From NCBI GenBank assembly GCA_965204575.1, contig OZ241993.1:128001-192000 (forward strand): 64,000 nt of DNA. Reading direction: 5' to 3'. This DNA comes from an uncultured candidatus Porisulfidus sp. GTDB taxonomy: Bacteria; Pseudomonadota; Gammaproteobacteria; Poriferisulfidales; Poriferisulfidaceae. Of the stretch, positions 9,115 to 18,413 are shown piece by piece. The position numbers and the translations under genes were made by a program. Positions within the stretch are counted from its first letter, which is position 1. Every line of letters begins with the position of its first letter. Under the pieces are notes generated by a model that was given only the letters and a program-made list of their open reading frames with translations, ran no database searches and had not been told where the DNA came from.

Positions 9115-9151
9115 AAAAAATCCGCCGCCCGGTTTCCCAGGCGGCGGATTT
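9115..9151 (-). terminator. Intrinsic terminator of the large porin gene
   Basis: Minus strand AAATCCGCCGCC-loop-GGCGGCGGA followed by T6. Confidence 0.85.
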
Positions 9152-9197
9152 CAAGGAGTCCCGTCAGGATTCTAGGAACCCTAACATCGGAGACTGA

Positions 9198-11063
9198 TCA
9201 GAACACGTACTGGCCTCGCAGCGAGAATGCCTGACCATCGTCTTCTTTGCACGCCCCACCGTCACTGAAGCTGTACGTGCCATCCTGCACTGTCGTCTCC
9301 CCGTCCGTGTATTCCTTGGGCGCTCCAGAGCAACCATCGATTTCCGAATCCACGTAGTTCAGCATGAACTTGACGTTCTTGTTGACGTACCAGTTCACAC
9401 CTAGAACCATGCGTTCCAGATCGGCACTCAGGCTTCTGCCGGGAATTTCCACTTCCGCGTCTTCGTAACGCGCAACCACTTCCCAGGCACCGCCTTCGTT
9501 TTTCGGCTTGATCGCGGCAAATGCGCCAGAGCCGGCCTTGTAACCGCGGGTCTCGCCCGTGAGGGTGTATGCAGCCTGCACGTAGAAGCCGTCCATCTCA
9601 ATATCGCAAGTATCCGAGAATTCATCTTCAAATGCTTCTTTCACTGCATCTTTTGCTGCAATCACCCGCGTGATTTCTCGCTCCCGGACAATGAAGTCTC
9701 CTTCAACAGTCGAATCCACAGTCGAACCAGCATCTACGGTTCCATCATTGTCAGTATCAGTAACAGCGCCAAATGACTGCCCGGCCTCATAACCGGCCAG
9801 ATCTTCCTGCGATACCCCTAAGTCAACTTCCACTTCCATGACAGACTGATCTGTGGCTGTTTCGTCTTCATCCGTAGCGGGATCGTCTGTCTCGATATTC
9901 GGATTACCCGTAGCGACCTCCATCACCAAGTATTTCTCCATTCCGAGGGGATCGCCATCCTCGCCCACCGTCACTGTCTGTTCTGGAACTGCAGCCTTAC
10001 TAGGCGTATACTCACCAGTTGCACTACAAGCAGCGTTGTCGGTCCCGTCAGACTCCACGTTCATGAATTCGCCCTGAAGCGAGAACGGACCATTGACGTA
10101 TGCAAGCTCAACACCAAACTGGTCGACGTCGTCGGACGCATGACTGTCGGAATTGAACGGACGTCCCGTAGTATGTACGCCCATGCGGGTGCGCATGCGA
10201 TGGTTGTTACCCTTGTAGTCTACGGTGTAGAACGAAGCACCTGCGTGTATGAAAGAGTTGTCGCCTAACTTCGGCATGATGGAGAAGCGGGCACCGATGC
10301 CATAGACATCACCGCCGTCATCTTCCTCAACCTCGTCATCGTAGACGCCAATCGCACCACTCATCGGCATGTCGCCCTTGGTCGCAAAACCGACCGAGAT
10401 ACCGCCGAAATCAGGTTTGCCGATAACAGCACCCGACAGTTCATTGACGATTGACCGCTCAATCGTTGAGATCCACTTGGAACTGGTGCGCTCTTCGAGC
10501 ATGCCCGGACGCTTGTATTTACCCAGCATCGCGTACATCGGCTTGCTGGAGTATTTCAGATAGCCGGTATCAACGTTCGCCTCGGAATCCTCGTGGTCGA
10601 TGTTGGTCGTGAACTTGTAGGACCAGTGCTTGCCGGACTTACCGCTCAAGGTGATGCGCGACCGACGAATCTCGTTTTCTTCCGCGTCTTCGCCATCCCA
10701 GAATTCATCATAGGAATCAAAGTCATACATCAGCCGGCCACCAATCTTGAACTGGTTGCCTTTGCTGGACTTGACCTTGATACCCCCACCGGTCGTGGAA
10801 ATAGTAATGTCTTCCTTCTTGGACTTGACCATGCCGCCTTTTTTCTGGTCGGCGCCTTCAGCCGCCTTTCTGGCCTGCTGCTCCATGGCATTGATCTTCA
10901 TCATGACTTCCTGCAACTGCTCCTGCATCTGCATCAGCATCTGCTTCATCTCGGCATTCTCCTGTTTGAGGTGGTTGATTTCCCCATCCGATGCCAAAAC
11001 AGATGCCGGCAATGCAATGGCCAGCGTTAGCGCAGCAGGAACTGCGAATTTTGATTTCCACAT
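9198..11063 (-). CDS. OprO/OprP family phosphate-selective porin with large loop insertion
   Basis: Signal peptide, IGGRLMYD, EIRRSRI, LEERTSSKWISTIERS, GFYVQAAYTLTGETRGY, GAWEVVARY, LGVNWY, terminal QYVF. Confidence 0.88.
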   Translation of the reverse strand: MWKSKFAVPAALTLAIALPASVLASDGEINHLKQENAEMKQMLMQMQEQLQEVMMKINAMEQQARKAAEGADQKKGGMVKSKKEDITISTTGGGIKVKSSKGNQFKIGGRLMYDFDSYDEFWDGEDAEENEIRRSRITLSGKSGKHWSYKFTTNIDHEDSEANVDTGYLKYSSKPMYAMLGKYKRPGMLEERTSSKWISTIERSIVNELSGAVIGKPDFGGISVGFATKGDMPMSGAIGVYDDEVEEDDGGDVYGIGARFSIMPKLGDNSFIHAGASFYTVDYKGNNHRMRTRMGVHTTGRPFNSDSHASDDVDQFGVELAYVNGPFSLQGEFMNVESDGTDNAACSATGEYTPSKAAVPEQTVTVGEDGDPLGMEKYLVMEVATGNPNIETDDPATDEDETATDQSVMEVEVDLGVSQEDLAGYEAGQSFGAVTDTDNDGTVDAGSTVDSTVEGDFIVREREITRVIAAKDAVKEAFEDEFSDTCDIEMDGFYVQAAYTLTGETRGYKAGSGAFAAIKPKNEGGAWEVVARYEDAEVEIPGRSLSADLERMVLGVNWYVNKNVKFMLNYVDSEIDGCSGAPKEYTDGETTVQDGTYSFSDGGACKEDDGQAFSLRGQYVF

Positions 11064-11285
11064 AACGTGGGAGCCTCCTGAGTGTTAAGGTTTGGGCAAA
11101 CCTCGCAATTACGTTGATGCGTACTCTAGGCAAAAAATATGACAAAAATATTGGCGAAAAACCCACAGTTTGTTGTTTTTCCTTGCCAAACCGCCCCTGC
11201 CTTCGCTCATGTCCGTGGTGCCCGCCACTGCAGAAATTCAGCGCAAGGATTAACGTGTAACCTGACAAATCAACTACTTATACAT

Positions 11286-11975
11286 TTACTCCGGCTCGCT
11301 GTTTTCCTGGTCCGTCGCCGATGTCCGGCTCCCCCAGCCATGCTCGACCGCAAGCACCGCCGCCGCGACCCGGGAAGTCACCCCCAGTTTTCGCAGAATC
11401 GCCTTGACATGGACCTTGACCGTGCCCTCGGAAATGCCCAGGTTGTCTCCAATTCCACGATTGCTCAGGCCTTCGGCAAGCAAGGCCAGAATCTCTTTCT
11501 CCCGAGGAGTCAAGACATCAAACGGACTCTCATCGCTTTCCGGGGGTTCCGGCTCCCGGCCCTGGACCACGCGGGCCAGCGCCGGTGTCAGGCTCGGCGC
11601 CACCACGGTCTCGCCCGCCTCGATGGAGCGCAATGCCACCACCAAGGCGTCCGGCTCCATGTCTTTCAGCAAATACCCGCTGGCTCCGGAACGTAGCGCT
11701 TCGACCAGATCCTTCTCCTCGTCACTCGTGGTCAGCATCACCACCGGCGGGCATTCCTCGCTTTCACGCAACTTCCGGAGGATTTCGAGCCCGTCGGTCT
11801 GCGGCAAGCGCAAGTCCAGCAACACGATGTCCGGACGGCGCCTGGCGATCGCCGCATAACCGGACTCGGCATCCCCCACCGAATCCAACACTTTCAACCC
11901 GTGACGCTCCAGCAAGCCCTGCAGGCCTTCCCGAAACAGGGTATGGTCATCGATGACGGTAACAGTTAACGTCAT
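11286..11975 (-). CDS. NarL/LuxR family response regulator
   Basis: REC domain (DDH, LLDLRLP, GYLLK) plus LuxR HTH (LTPREKEIL...TVKVHV). Confidence 0.93.
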   Translation of the reverse strand: MTLTVTVIDDHTLFREGLQGLLERHGLKVLDSVGDAESGYAAIARRRPDIVLLDLRLPQTDGLEILRKLRESEECPPVVMLTTSDEEKDLVEALRSGASGYLLKDMEPDALVVALRSIEAGETVVAPSLTPALARVVQGREPEPPESDESPFDVLTPREKEILALLAEGLSNRGIGDNLGISEGTVKVHVKAILRKLGVTSRVAAAVLAVEHGWGSRTSATDQENSEPE

Positions 11976-12892
11976 GCCGCCTTGGCCCTCTCCGGCATCG
12001 CCTTGAACTCAAGCAATATTCGCACACCCTCCTCCGGCTCGCTCTCCACCCGCAGCCTTCCTCCCAGGCGCATCGCCCGGTCCTGCAACAGGCTCAACCC
12101 GATATGGGTTCCCTGCCCTTCCCGCGGCGGGTCCGCGAACCCCACCCCGTCGTCTTCCACCAACACCCGGCAGTTCCCGCCCTCCGCATCGCCTGAAATC
12201 AGGACGCGCACCGTGCTGGCCTGCGCATGCTTGCGCGCATTGGCCAGGGCTTCCTGCACAATGCGCACGATTTGCAACTCGTGCTCGGCCGGCAGTTTCA
12301 AATCCTCCCACCGAGTCTGCAGCAGCACGCGAACGTCTGGACAATCCCGCCGAAAGCGCTCCACCGTCCTCTCAATGGCCGGCAACAGCCCCGCTTCGCT
12401 GATCGGCACACGGAAATGCGCGATCAGTTCTCGCAACTCGATGTTGGCTTCCTCCAGGCTCTCCTCGATCCTTTCGAGTTCCTCCCAGGTTCGTTCTTCG
12501 TCTCCTTGATGCAAGGTTTCGTCCAGCACTCGCACTTGCATCTTGATTCCGGCCAGAGTCTGCGCCAAGGAATCATGCAACTCCCCGGACAACCGGGTGC
12601 GTTCCTTCATGGCGGTATAGTTGCTGAATTCCTGCAACTGCTCTTCCGTGTCCCGCGACAGGGTCTGAACCATTTCGGCAAGCACGTTCAGGTCGGTCGC
12701 AAGTTCTGCGAAATCGCCTTTCGGCGGCACCGGTACTCTCGCCGACAGTTCACCCCCGCGCATGCGGAATACCCATTGCCGGATGGCTTCGTAAGGAGCC
12801 ATCCTTTGCCGGTACACCCAAATCAAGAATGCGGCGGCGGCTCCCAGAAGCAGACCGAATACGATAAATCCTGGCGTACCCAATCCAAGCAT
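11972..12892 (-). CDS. NarX/NarQ-like HisKA_3 histidine kinase, single TM plus HAMP, no extracytoplasmic sensor
   Basis: ELHDSLAQ H-box, EALANARKH N-box, DDGVGF, HIGL. Confidence 0.9.
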   Translation of the reverse strand: MLGLGTPGFIVFGLLLGAAAAFLIWVYRQRMAPYEAIRQWVFRMRGGELSARVPVPPKGDFAELATDLNVLAEMVQTLSRDTEEQLQEFSNYTAMKERTRLSGELHDSLAQTLAGIKMQVRVLDETLHQGDEERTWEELERIEESLEEANIELRELIAHFRVPISEAGLLPAIERTVERFRRDCPDVRVLLQTRWEDLKLPAEHELQIVRIVQEALANARKHAQASTVRVLISGDAEGGNCRVLVEDDGVGFADPPREGQGTHIGLSLLQDRAMRLGGRLRVESEPEEGVRILLEFKAMPERAKAA

Positions 12893-13227
12893 TACTCTTT
12901 CGGCGGCACGTAAGCGGGATCATTCGGGTTGAGAAAGATGAACTGCTTCTGGCCCGGCTCAAGTTCCACGAAATCCACGGTCAGCCCCCGCGTCAAGGCC
13001 AGACTGTCGGCTCCAACCACCACCGGGATCTTGCGCAGGCTGAACCTTTGATCACCCTCGTGGCTCTCCACGTCAAACCCCATCGCATACTGGAAACTGC
13101 CGTCTTCAAGCTTGCGCACGGCCAAACGCAAGGCCACGCCTTCCTCGTTTTCCGGCAATTGCTCACGGATTTGGTCTGCCGCCGGTTCCGTCAAGGTCAA
13201 AAAGTCGGGCACATCGCTCTCCAGCAC
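12892..13227 (-). CDS. dsrR: Cys-less IscA/HesB-fold protein, DsrR-like
   Basis: LTEPAADQI, LRLA, YAMGFD, DFVELEPGQKQFIFLNPNDPAYVPP match my recollection of Allochromatium DsrR; no cysteines. Confidence 0.75.
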   Translation of the reverse strand: MLESDVPDFLTLTEPAADQIREQLPENEEGVALRLAVRKLEDGSFQYAMGFDVESHEGDQRFSLRKIPVVVGADSLALTRGLTVDFVELEPGQKQFIFLNPNDPAYVPPKE

Positions 13228-13447
13228 CTATATAGAGCCTTCATGATACAAGGGAATCGCTTTCCTAATCCAACCGCATCGCATCACTACTTGTTTCCAG
13301 CACCCGGGCAACTGGCAATTCGGGAAGTTGACTCTACAAACTTGACGCACGGCAGGATTCGTCCATAATTGGAGTCGGCGATTGAGGCGGCCGCTGTCTA
13401 GGTGTGGCGGCGTGGTCCTGATGGCCAGCGAATATAACTAAAAATCC

Positions 13448-14803
13448 ATGAGGAAACTTATGAGAAAAACTACTTTTTGCACGGGGCTGGCAATGGCAGC
13501 TGCGATGGCGTGGACCGTTCCGGCACTTGCGGATGAAACCTGCATGTCGCCGTACATTGCCAAGATTCAAGGCCAGGAAGATTACGTCTATGTCTGGACC
13601 TTGGGCGTGGAAGGCATGGGGGACGAGCAGGACAAGCTGGTCACCATCGACACCAACCCCGAATCCAAAACCTATGGCCAAGTGGTCAGCGTACTGTCCG
13701 TCGGTGGGCGCAACGAAGCGCACCATTCCGGACTGTCTGACGATCGCCATTACCTGTGGGCCGGCGGACTGGACTCCAGCAAGGTCTTCGTGTTCGACAT
13801 CCACAGCAACCCGCGGCAGCCTAAACTGCACAAGGTCATCACCGACTTCGTCGAGAAGTCCGGCGGACTGGTTGGCCCGCACACCTTCTATGCCCTACCC
13901 GGGCGGATGATGATTACGGCGCTGTCCAACAACGCCGATCACGGCGGACGCACCGGCGTGGCTGAATACAACAACGATGGCGAATTCGTGGCGTCCCACT
14001 GGATGCCGACGGACGAAGACCTTCGCGGCGCGGTCAAGACCGGCCAGCACGCCGACGGCTACGGCTACGACCTTCGGGTCAAGGCTGAAAGCAACGTGAT
14101 GCTGACCTCGTCCTTCACCGGCTGGTCCAACTACATGATGGACTTCGGCCAGATGCTGCAGGACAGTGCTGCCATGCAGCGCTTCGGCAACACCATGGTG
14201 GTGTGGGACATGCATGCCCGCAAGCCGCTCAAGGTGCTGGACGTGCCGGGGGCTCCACTGGAGATCCGCTGCGCCTGGGACCCGGATCACCGCTACTGCT
14301 TCACCACGACGGCGCTGACCTCCCAGGTCTGGCTCCTGTACGAGGATGAAGCCGGCGAATGGCACGGCAAGGCCGTCGCCGATGTCGGGGTTCCTTCCGA
14401 AATCCCCCTGCCGGTGGACATTTCCATCACGGCCGACGACACGGGATTGTGGATCAACACCTTCATGGACGGCAAGACCCGCTACTTCGACATTTCCGAC
14501 CCGAATGCGCCCAAGCAGGTCTTCGAGGAAGTGATCGGAAGCCAGGTCAACATGGTCTCCCAGAGCTGGGACGGCGACCGCGTTTACTTCTCCAGTTCCC
14601 TGCTGAACAACTGGGACAAGACGGGTGAAGCAGACGAGCAGTACGTCAAGCTCTACCACTGGGATGGCGAAGCACTCGCACACCAGTGGACGGTTGATTT
14701 CTATGCCGAGCAGTTGGGCCGTTCGCACCAGATGCGTTTCGGCGCCTATGCCCTGTACGGCAAGCGCCCAGATGCTGACACCCGGACCGCGATGGCCGAA
14801 TAA
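13448..14803 (+). CDS. mtoX: Methanethiol oxidase (SBP56 family), periplasmic
   Basis: Signal peptide then DETCMSPY; EAHH, GPHT, SSFTGW, SLLNNWDK (candidate TTQ Trp pair); SCO and mauG downstream. Confidence 0.9.
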   Translation: MRKLMRKTTFCTGLAMAAAMAWTVPALADETCMSPYIAKIQGQEDYVYVWTLGVEGMGDEQDKLVTIDTNPESKTYGQVVSVLSVGGRNEAHHSGLSDDRHYLWAGGLDSSKVFVFDIHSNPRQPKLHKVITDFVEKSGGLVGPHTFYALPGRMMITALSNNADHGGRTGVAEYNNDGEFVASHWMPTDEDLRGAVKTGQHADGYGYDLRVKAESNVMLTSSFTGWSNYMMDFGQMLQDSAAMQRFGNTMVVWDMHARKPLKVLDVPGAPLEIRCAWDPDHRYCFTTTALTSQVWLLYEDEAGEWHGKAVADVGVPSEIPLPVDISITADDTGLWINTFMDGKTRYFDISDPNAPKQVFEEVIGSQVNMVSQSWDGDRVYFSSSLLNNWDKTGEADEQYVKLYHWDGEALAHQWTVDFYAEQLGRSHQMRFGAYALYGKRPDADTRTAMAE

Positions 14804-14836
14804 CCTGTCACGGCCTTCGGGCCAAGCGCAAGTGGA

Positions 14837-14867
14837 AAGCCGCCCTGCCTGTCAGGGCGGTTTTTTT
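14837..14867 (+). terminator. Intrinsic terminator between mtoX and its maturation genes
   Basis: GCCGCCCTG-cctgt-CAGGGCGGT stem with T7 tail. Confidence 0.85.
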
Positions 14868-14919
14868 AGCAGAAAAGCCGAACTTTTGAACTTTAGAACA
14901 CTCTTATAGAATACCGATT

Positions 14920-15612
14920 ATGAATCGTTTGAACCGTATCCGTACCCTAGCCGGGTTGGCTGCCCTGAGCCTGATCTCAGGGGGATTCGAGGCTGTCGCA
15001 GAAGATGAAATTCTCGCGCCCGGATGGAAAAACCTGAGCTACGAACCGCCTGCTGTAGGCAGTTACCAACTGCCTCCCATCACCCACGCCTCCGACGGGG
15101 CCGTACTCCTCGAAGACGGCCAGGAGTCTCAGCTGTTCGACCTGATGGGTGACCGTCTCGTGCTGTTCAGCTTCATCTACACTCGATGCAACGACATCAA
15201 CGGCTGCCCTCTCGCCAACGCGGTCTTTCACAAGCTCCAGGCGAAACTGCAGGAGCGCCCGGATGTCGCCCAGGCCACACGGCTTCTATCGATATCGTTC
15301 GACCCGGAGCGCGACACCCCCGAAGTCATGCGGGAATTCGGGCAGGGGCTTGGCGGCGACGGAGTGGACTGGCAGTTCCTCACCACGCAGGACCGCGGAA
15401 CCCTGGAGCCGATCCTCGACGATTACGGCCAGTACACCATACGCGAATACGATGAAAGCGGAGAATACACCGGCGATTTCGCTCATATGCTGCGGGTGTT
15501 CCTGATCGACCGAGAGTTGCGCGTCCGCAACATCTACAGCGTCGCATTCCTGCATGCCGACATCCTGATCAACGACCTGGAGACTCTCCTCCTGGAGTCT
15601 CCCCCTAGCTGA
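14920..15612 (+). CDS. SCO1/SenC family copper chaperone
   Basis: FIYTRCNDINGCP, SISFDPERDTP, conserved His (FAHML), signal peptide. Confidence 0.9.
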   Translation: MNRLNRIRTLAGLAALSLISGGFEAVAEDEILAPGWKNLSYEPPAVGSYQLPPITHASDGAVLLEDGQESQLFDLMGDRLVLFSFIYTRCNDINGCPLANAVFHKLQAKLQERPDVAQATRLLSISFDPERDTPEVMREFGQGLGGDGVDWQFLTTQDRGTLEPILDDYGQYTIREYDESGEYTGDFAHMLRVFLIDRELRVRNIYSVAFLHADILINDLETLLLESPPS

Positions 15613-15620
15613 TTCCCGTC

Positions 15621-16985
15621 ATGTACAACCCGGCACGGATGCGTTTTCGCACCCTTGCCGTAGCCCTTGCCGTTACGAGTCTTTGCGTTGCGGCCTTTGC
15701 CGAGACCAGCGGCGAACTGGATGCCCCGGAGAAGTTCGACACCAGCCAAACGCAAGGACCCGGAGACGTCAAGGAAGGCTATGAAAGCAGGGACTACGAG
15801 ACTCGCTCGCGAAGCCTGCTGAAGCGCCGTGGCGTCAAGAAAGACCTGATTCGTTTCGCGCAAAACCCGCCGTTGGGCCTGCCGCCCGTACCCATCCCGG
15901 CTGAAAACCCGCTGACCCGCGCCAAGATCGATCTCGGCCGAAAACTGTTCTTCGACCGTCGCCTGTCGATCAACGACACCTTCGCCTGCGCGACTTGCCA
16001 CATCCCGGAACAGGGCTTCACCAACAACGAAATGCGCACCGCAGTCGGCGTGGAGGGCCGCTCGGTACTGCGCAACTCCCCCACCCTCTACAACGTTGCC
16101 TACCTGGCACGGCTGTTCTTGGACGGCCGCGAAATCAGCCTGGAAAACCAGATCTGGCAGCCGATGACCGCACACAACGAGATGGCGGCACCCTCGATCG
16201 GCTGGATCATCAACAAGATCCGCCGCATGCGCGACTACGACGGGTTGTTCGAGAAGGCCTTCGGCGGCTCAGGCCCGGACATCCTCACGGTCGGCCAGGC
16301 GCTGGCCAGCTATCAACGCACCCTGCTGGCGGCCAACTCGCCATTCGACCGATGGTATTTCGGGAATCAGACCGATGCGGTCGATGAGTCCGTCAAGCGG
16401 GGCTTCGGGGTCTTCTCCGGAAAGGGCCAGTGCATCGTGTGCCACACCATGCAGAAGGAACACGCCCTGTTCACCGACCAGAAATTCCACAACACGGGAC
16501 TGGGCTACATGATCTCGTTCAGCAAGGGCTCCAAGGACGCACCCAAGACCACCCGCGTCCAACTCGCGCCTGGCGTGTTCGTGGACGTGTCGAACGAGAA
16601 AATCGAAGCGGTCTCGCAACAGAAACTGCCAAACGATCTCGGCCTCTACCGGGTCACCGAAAACCCGAACGACCGCTGGCGGTTCCGGACCCAGAGCCTG
16701 CGCAATGTCGAGTTGACCGCGCCCTACATGCACAACGGCAAATTCGACACCCTTCGCGAAGTGATCGACTTCTACGACCAGGGCGGCATCCCAAATGAGC
16801 TGTTGTCCCCCTTTATCTCTCCCCTCAACCTCAGCGAACAGGAAAAACAGGACTTGGAAGCGTTCCTGCTTTCCTTGACCGGCAGCACCATCCCGGAAAT
16901 CGTGGCCGATGCCTTTGCCGCACCGATCGGCGACCTGAGCCTGGAAGACCCCAACTGGGCACACGAAGAAACGCTGGGATACTGA
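15621..16985 (+). CDS. mauG: MauG-like di-heme cytochrome c peroxidase (TTQ maturation)
   Basis: Two CXXCH (CATCH, CIVCH), LGRKLFFDRRLS, RNSPTL, LRNVELTAPYMHNG. Confidence 0.85.
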   Translation: MYNPARMRFRTLAVALAVTSLCVAAFAETSGELDAPEKFDTSQTQGPGDVKEGYESRDYETRSRSLLKRRGVKKDLIRFAQNPPLGLPPVPIPAENPLTRAKIDLGRKLFFDRRLSINDTFACATCHIPEQGFTNNEMRTAVGVEGRSVLRNSPTLYNVAYLARLFLDGREISLENQIWQPMTAHNEMAAPSIGWIINKIRRMRDYDGLFEKAFGGSGPDILTVGQALASYQRTLLAANSPFDRWYFGNQTDAVDESVKRGFGVFSGKGQCIVCHTMQKEHALFTDQKFHNTGLGYMISFSKGSKDAPKTTRVQLAPGVFVDVSNEKIEAVSQQKLPNDLGLYRVTENPNDRWRFRTQSLRNVELTAPYMHNGKFDTLREVIDFYDQGGIPNELLSPFISPLNLSEQEKQDLEAFLLSLTGSTIPEIVADAFAAPIGDLSLEDPNWAHEETLGY

Positions 16986-16986
16986 C

Positions 16987-17490
16987 ATGAGCCGTTTCAT
17001 CGCCCTGCTGCTCGGCGGCGCGCTTGCCCTGGGCACGATCAGTTGCAGCGACGAACCCGAATTGATGGAGCAGGCATCCGGGAAGCAAGCCCCCGACTTC
17101 GTGCTTCCAGATCTGGACGGCCAATCCTGGCAACTGAGCCAGGCTCGCGGCCAGACCCTGCTAATCAACTTCTGGGCCACCTGGTGTGAACCATGCCGGC
17201 TCGAGATGCCCGCGTTGAGCCGACTCCATGAGGCCATGGCCGGCAAAGACTTCCAGGTCATCGGCATCCATGTCGGCCCCAGCAAGGAAATCGACCGTTT
17301 CCTCGAAGAAGCCCCCGTCGGTTTTCCGATCCTGATCGATGCGGAGCTGGCTCTGGCGGACTGGAACGTTCCGGTGCTGCCCGCAACCTTCCTGATTGAT
17401 GCAGAAGGATATGCCCGCTACTGGGCGTTTGGAGAACGAGAATGGGATTCGCCGGAAGCTGTGGAATTCTTCACCGCGGTTCTGGACTGA
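16987..17490 (+). CDS. TlpA family thiol-disulfide oxidoreductase lipoprotein
   Basis: NFWATWCEPC, lipobox-like TISC. Confidence 0.9.
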   Translation: MSRFIALLLGGALALGTISCSDEPELMEQASGKQAPDFVLPDLDGQSWQLSQARGQTLLINFWATWCEPCRLEMPALSRLHEAMAGKDFQVIGIHVGPSKEIDRFLEEAPVGFPILIDAELALADWNVPVLPATFLIDAEGYARYWAFGEREWDSPEAVEFFTAVLD

Positions 17491-17522
17491 ACCGCAATAC
17501 TGCCTGCAAATCCACGCGACGG

Positions 17523-18350
17523 TCAGTCGCCCTCTTCTGCCAACAAGGCCTGCGTCAGATCCAAAGCCTGCCGGTTCTGCCACACGTCGTGTACCCGGAA
17601 GATGCGCGCTCCCGCGCAGAGCCCCCAGCCCGTCGTCACCACGGTCGCCGGGACCCTCTGGCCCGGATCGGAAGCACCGGAGATTTCGCCCATGAACCGC
17701 TTGCGTGAAGTGCCGAGCAGCACCGGGTAACCCAACTCGACGATCTTGTCCAACTGCGCGATCAGTTGCAGGTTGTGTTCCGTCCGCTTCCCGAACCCGA
17801 TGCCCGGGTCGACGATGATCTTTCCGGATTCCACGCCCGCCTGTTGCGCCGCCTCGGCTCGTTCCGCCAAAAATTCCCGCACTTCCTTGACGACATCGGA
17901 GTACTGGGGATCATCCTGCATCGTCTTGGGCGTCCCCTGCATGTGCATCAGGCAGTACGGCACGCCCCGCTCGGCCACCAGCGAAAGTATTTCCGGGTCG
18001 TCGCGCCCAGCGGAGACATCGTTGACCATGCCGGCCCCCGCATCAAGCGCTGCACCGGCGACTTCACTCAGCGTGGTATCCACGCTGACGAGCACTTCCT
18101 CCGAAACCGCCTTGCCCACCTGCTCCACGACATCCAGAATGCGTCGCTTCTGTTCGGCTGCATCCACTCGGTCTGCGCCCGGCCGGGTGGACTCGCCACC
18201 GATATCGATCAGCGTCGCGCCCTCCTCCACCATCTCCAGCGCCCGCGCCAAGGCCCGGTCGGTGGAAGGATAGGCCCCGCCATCGGAGAAACTGTCCGGC
18301 GTCACGTTGAGAATCCCCATGATTCGGGGGGTCTGAAAGAAATCACTCAT
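17523..18350 (-). CDS. folP: Dihydropteroate synthase
   Basis: MGILNVTPDSFSDGG, GGESTRPG, DPGIGFGK, SRKRF, RVHDV. Confidence 0.97.
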   Translation of the reverse strand: MSDFFQTPRIMGILNVTPDSFSDGGAYPSTDRALARALEMVEEGATLIDIGGESTRPGADRVDAAEQKRRILDVVEQVGKAVSEEVLVSVDTTLSEVAGAALDAGAGMVNDVSAGRDDPEILSLVAERGVPYCLMHMQGTPKTMQDDPQYSDVVKEVREFLAERAEAAQQAGVESGKIIVDPGIGFGKRTEHNLQLIAQLDKIVELGYPVLLGTSRKRFMGEISGASDPGQRVPATVVTTGWGLCAGARIFRVHDVWQNRQALDLTQALLAEEGD

Positions 18351-18413
18351 CAGTCGATATTACCGTTCGCGTGCGTGTGGCGTAGTATCGCAAAACATCT
18401 CACTCGCAGGAAA

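Noticed and set aside
11120-11270. Pho box upstream of the porin (TTGTCAT, TTGTCAG half-sites on the minus strand)
   Set aside because: No properly spaced 11-bp tandem repeat.
13228-13447. NarL heptamer sites in the dsrR/mtoX divergent region
   Set aside because: Only weak single TAC-type matches, no 7-2-7 arrangement.
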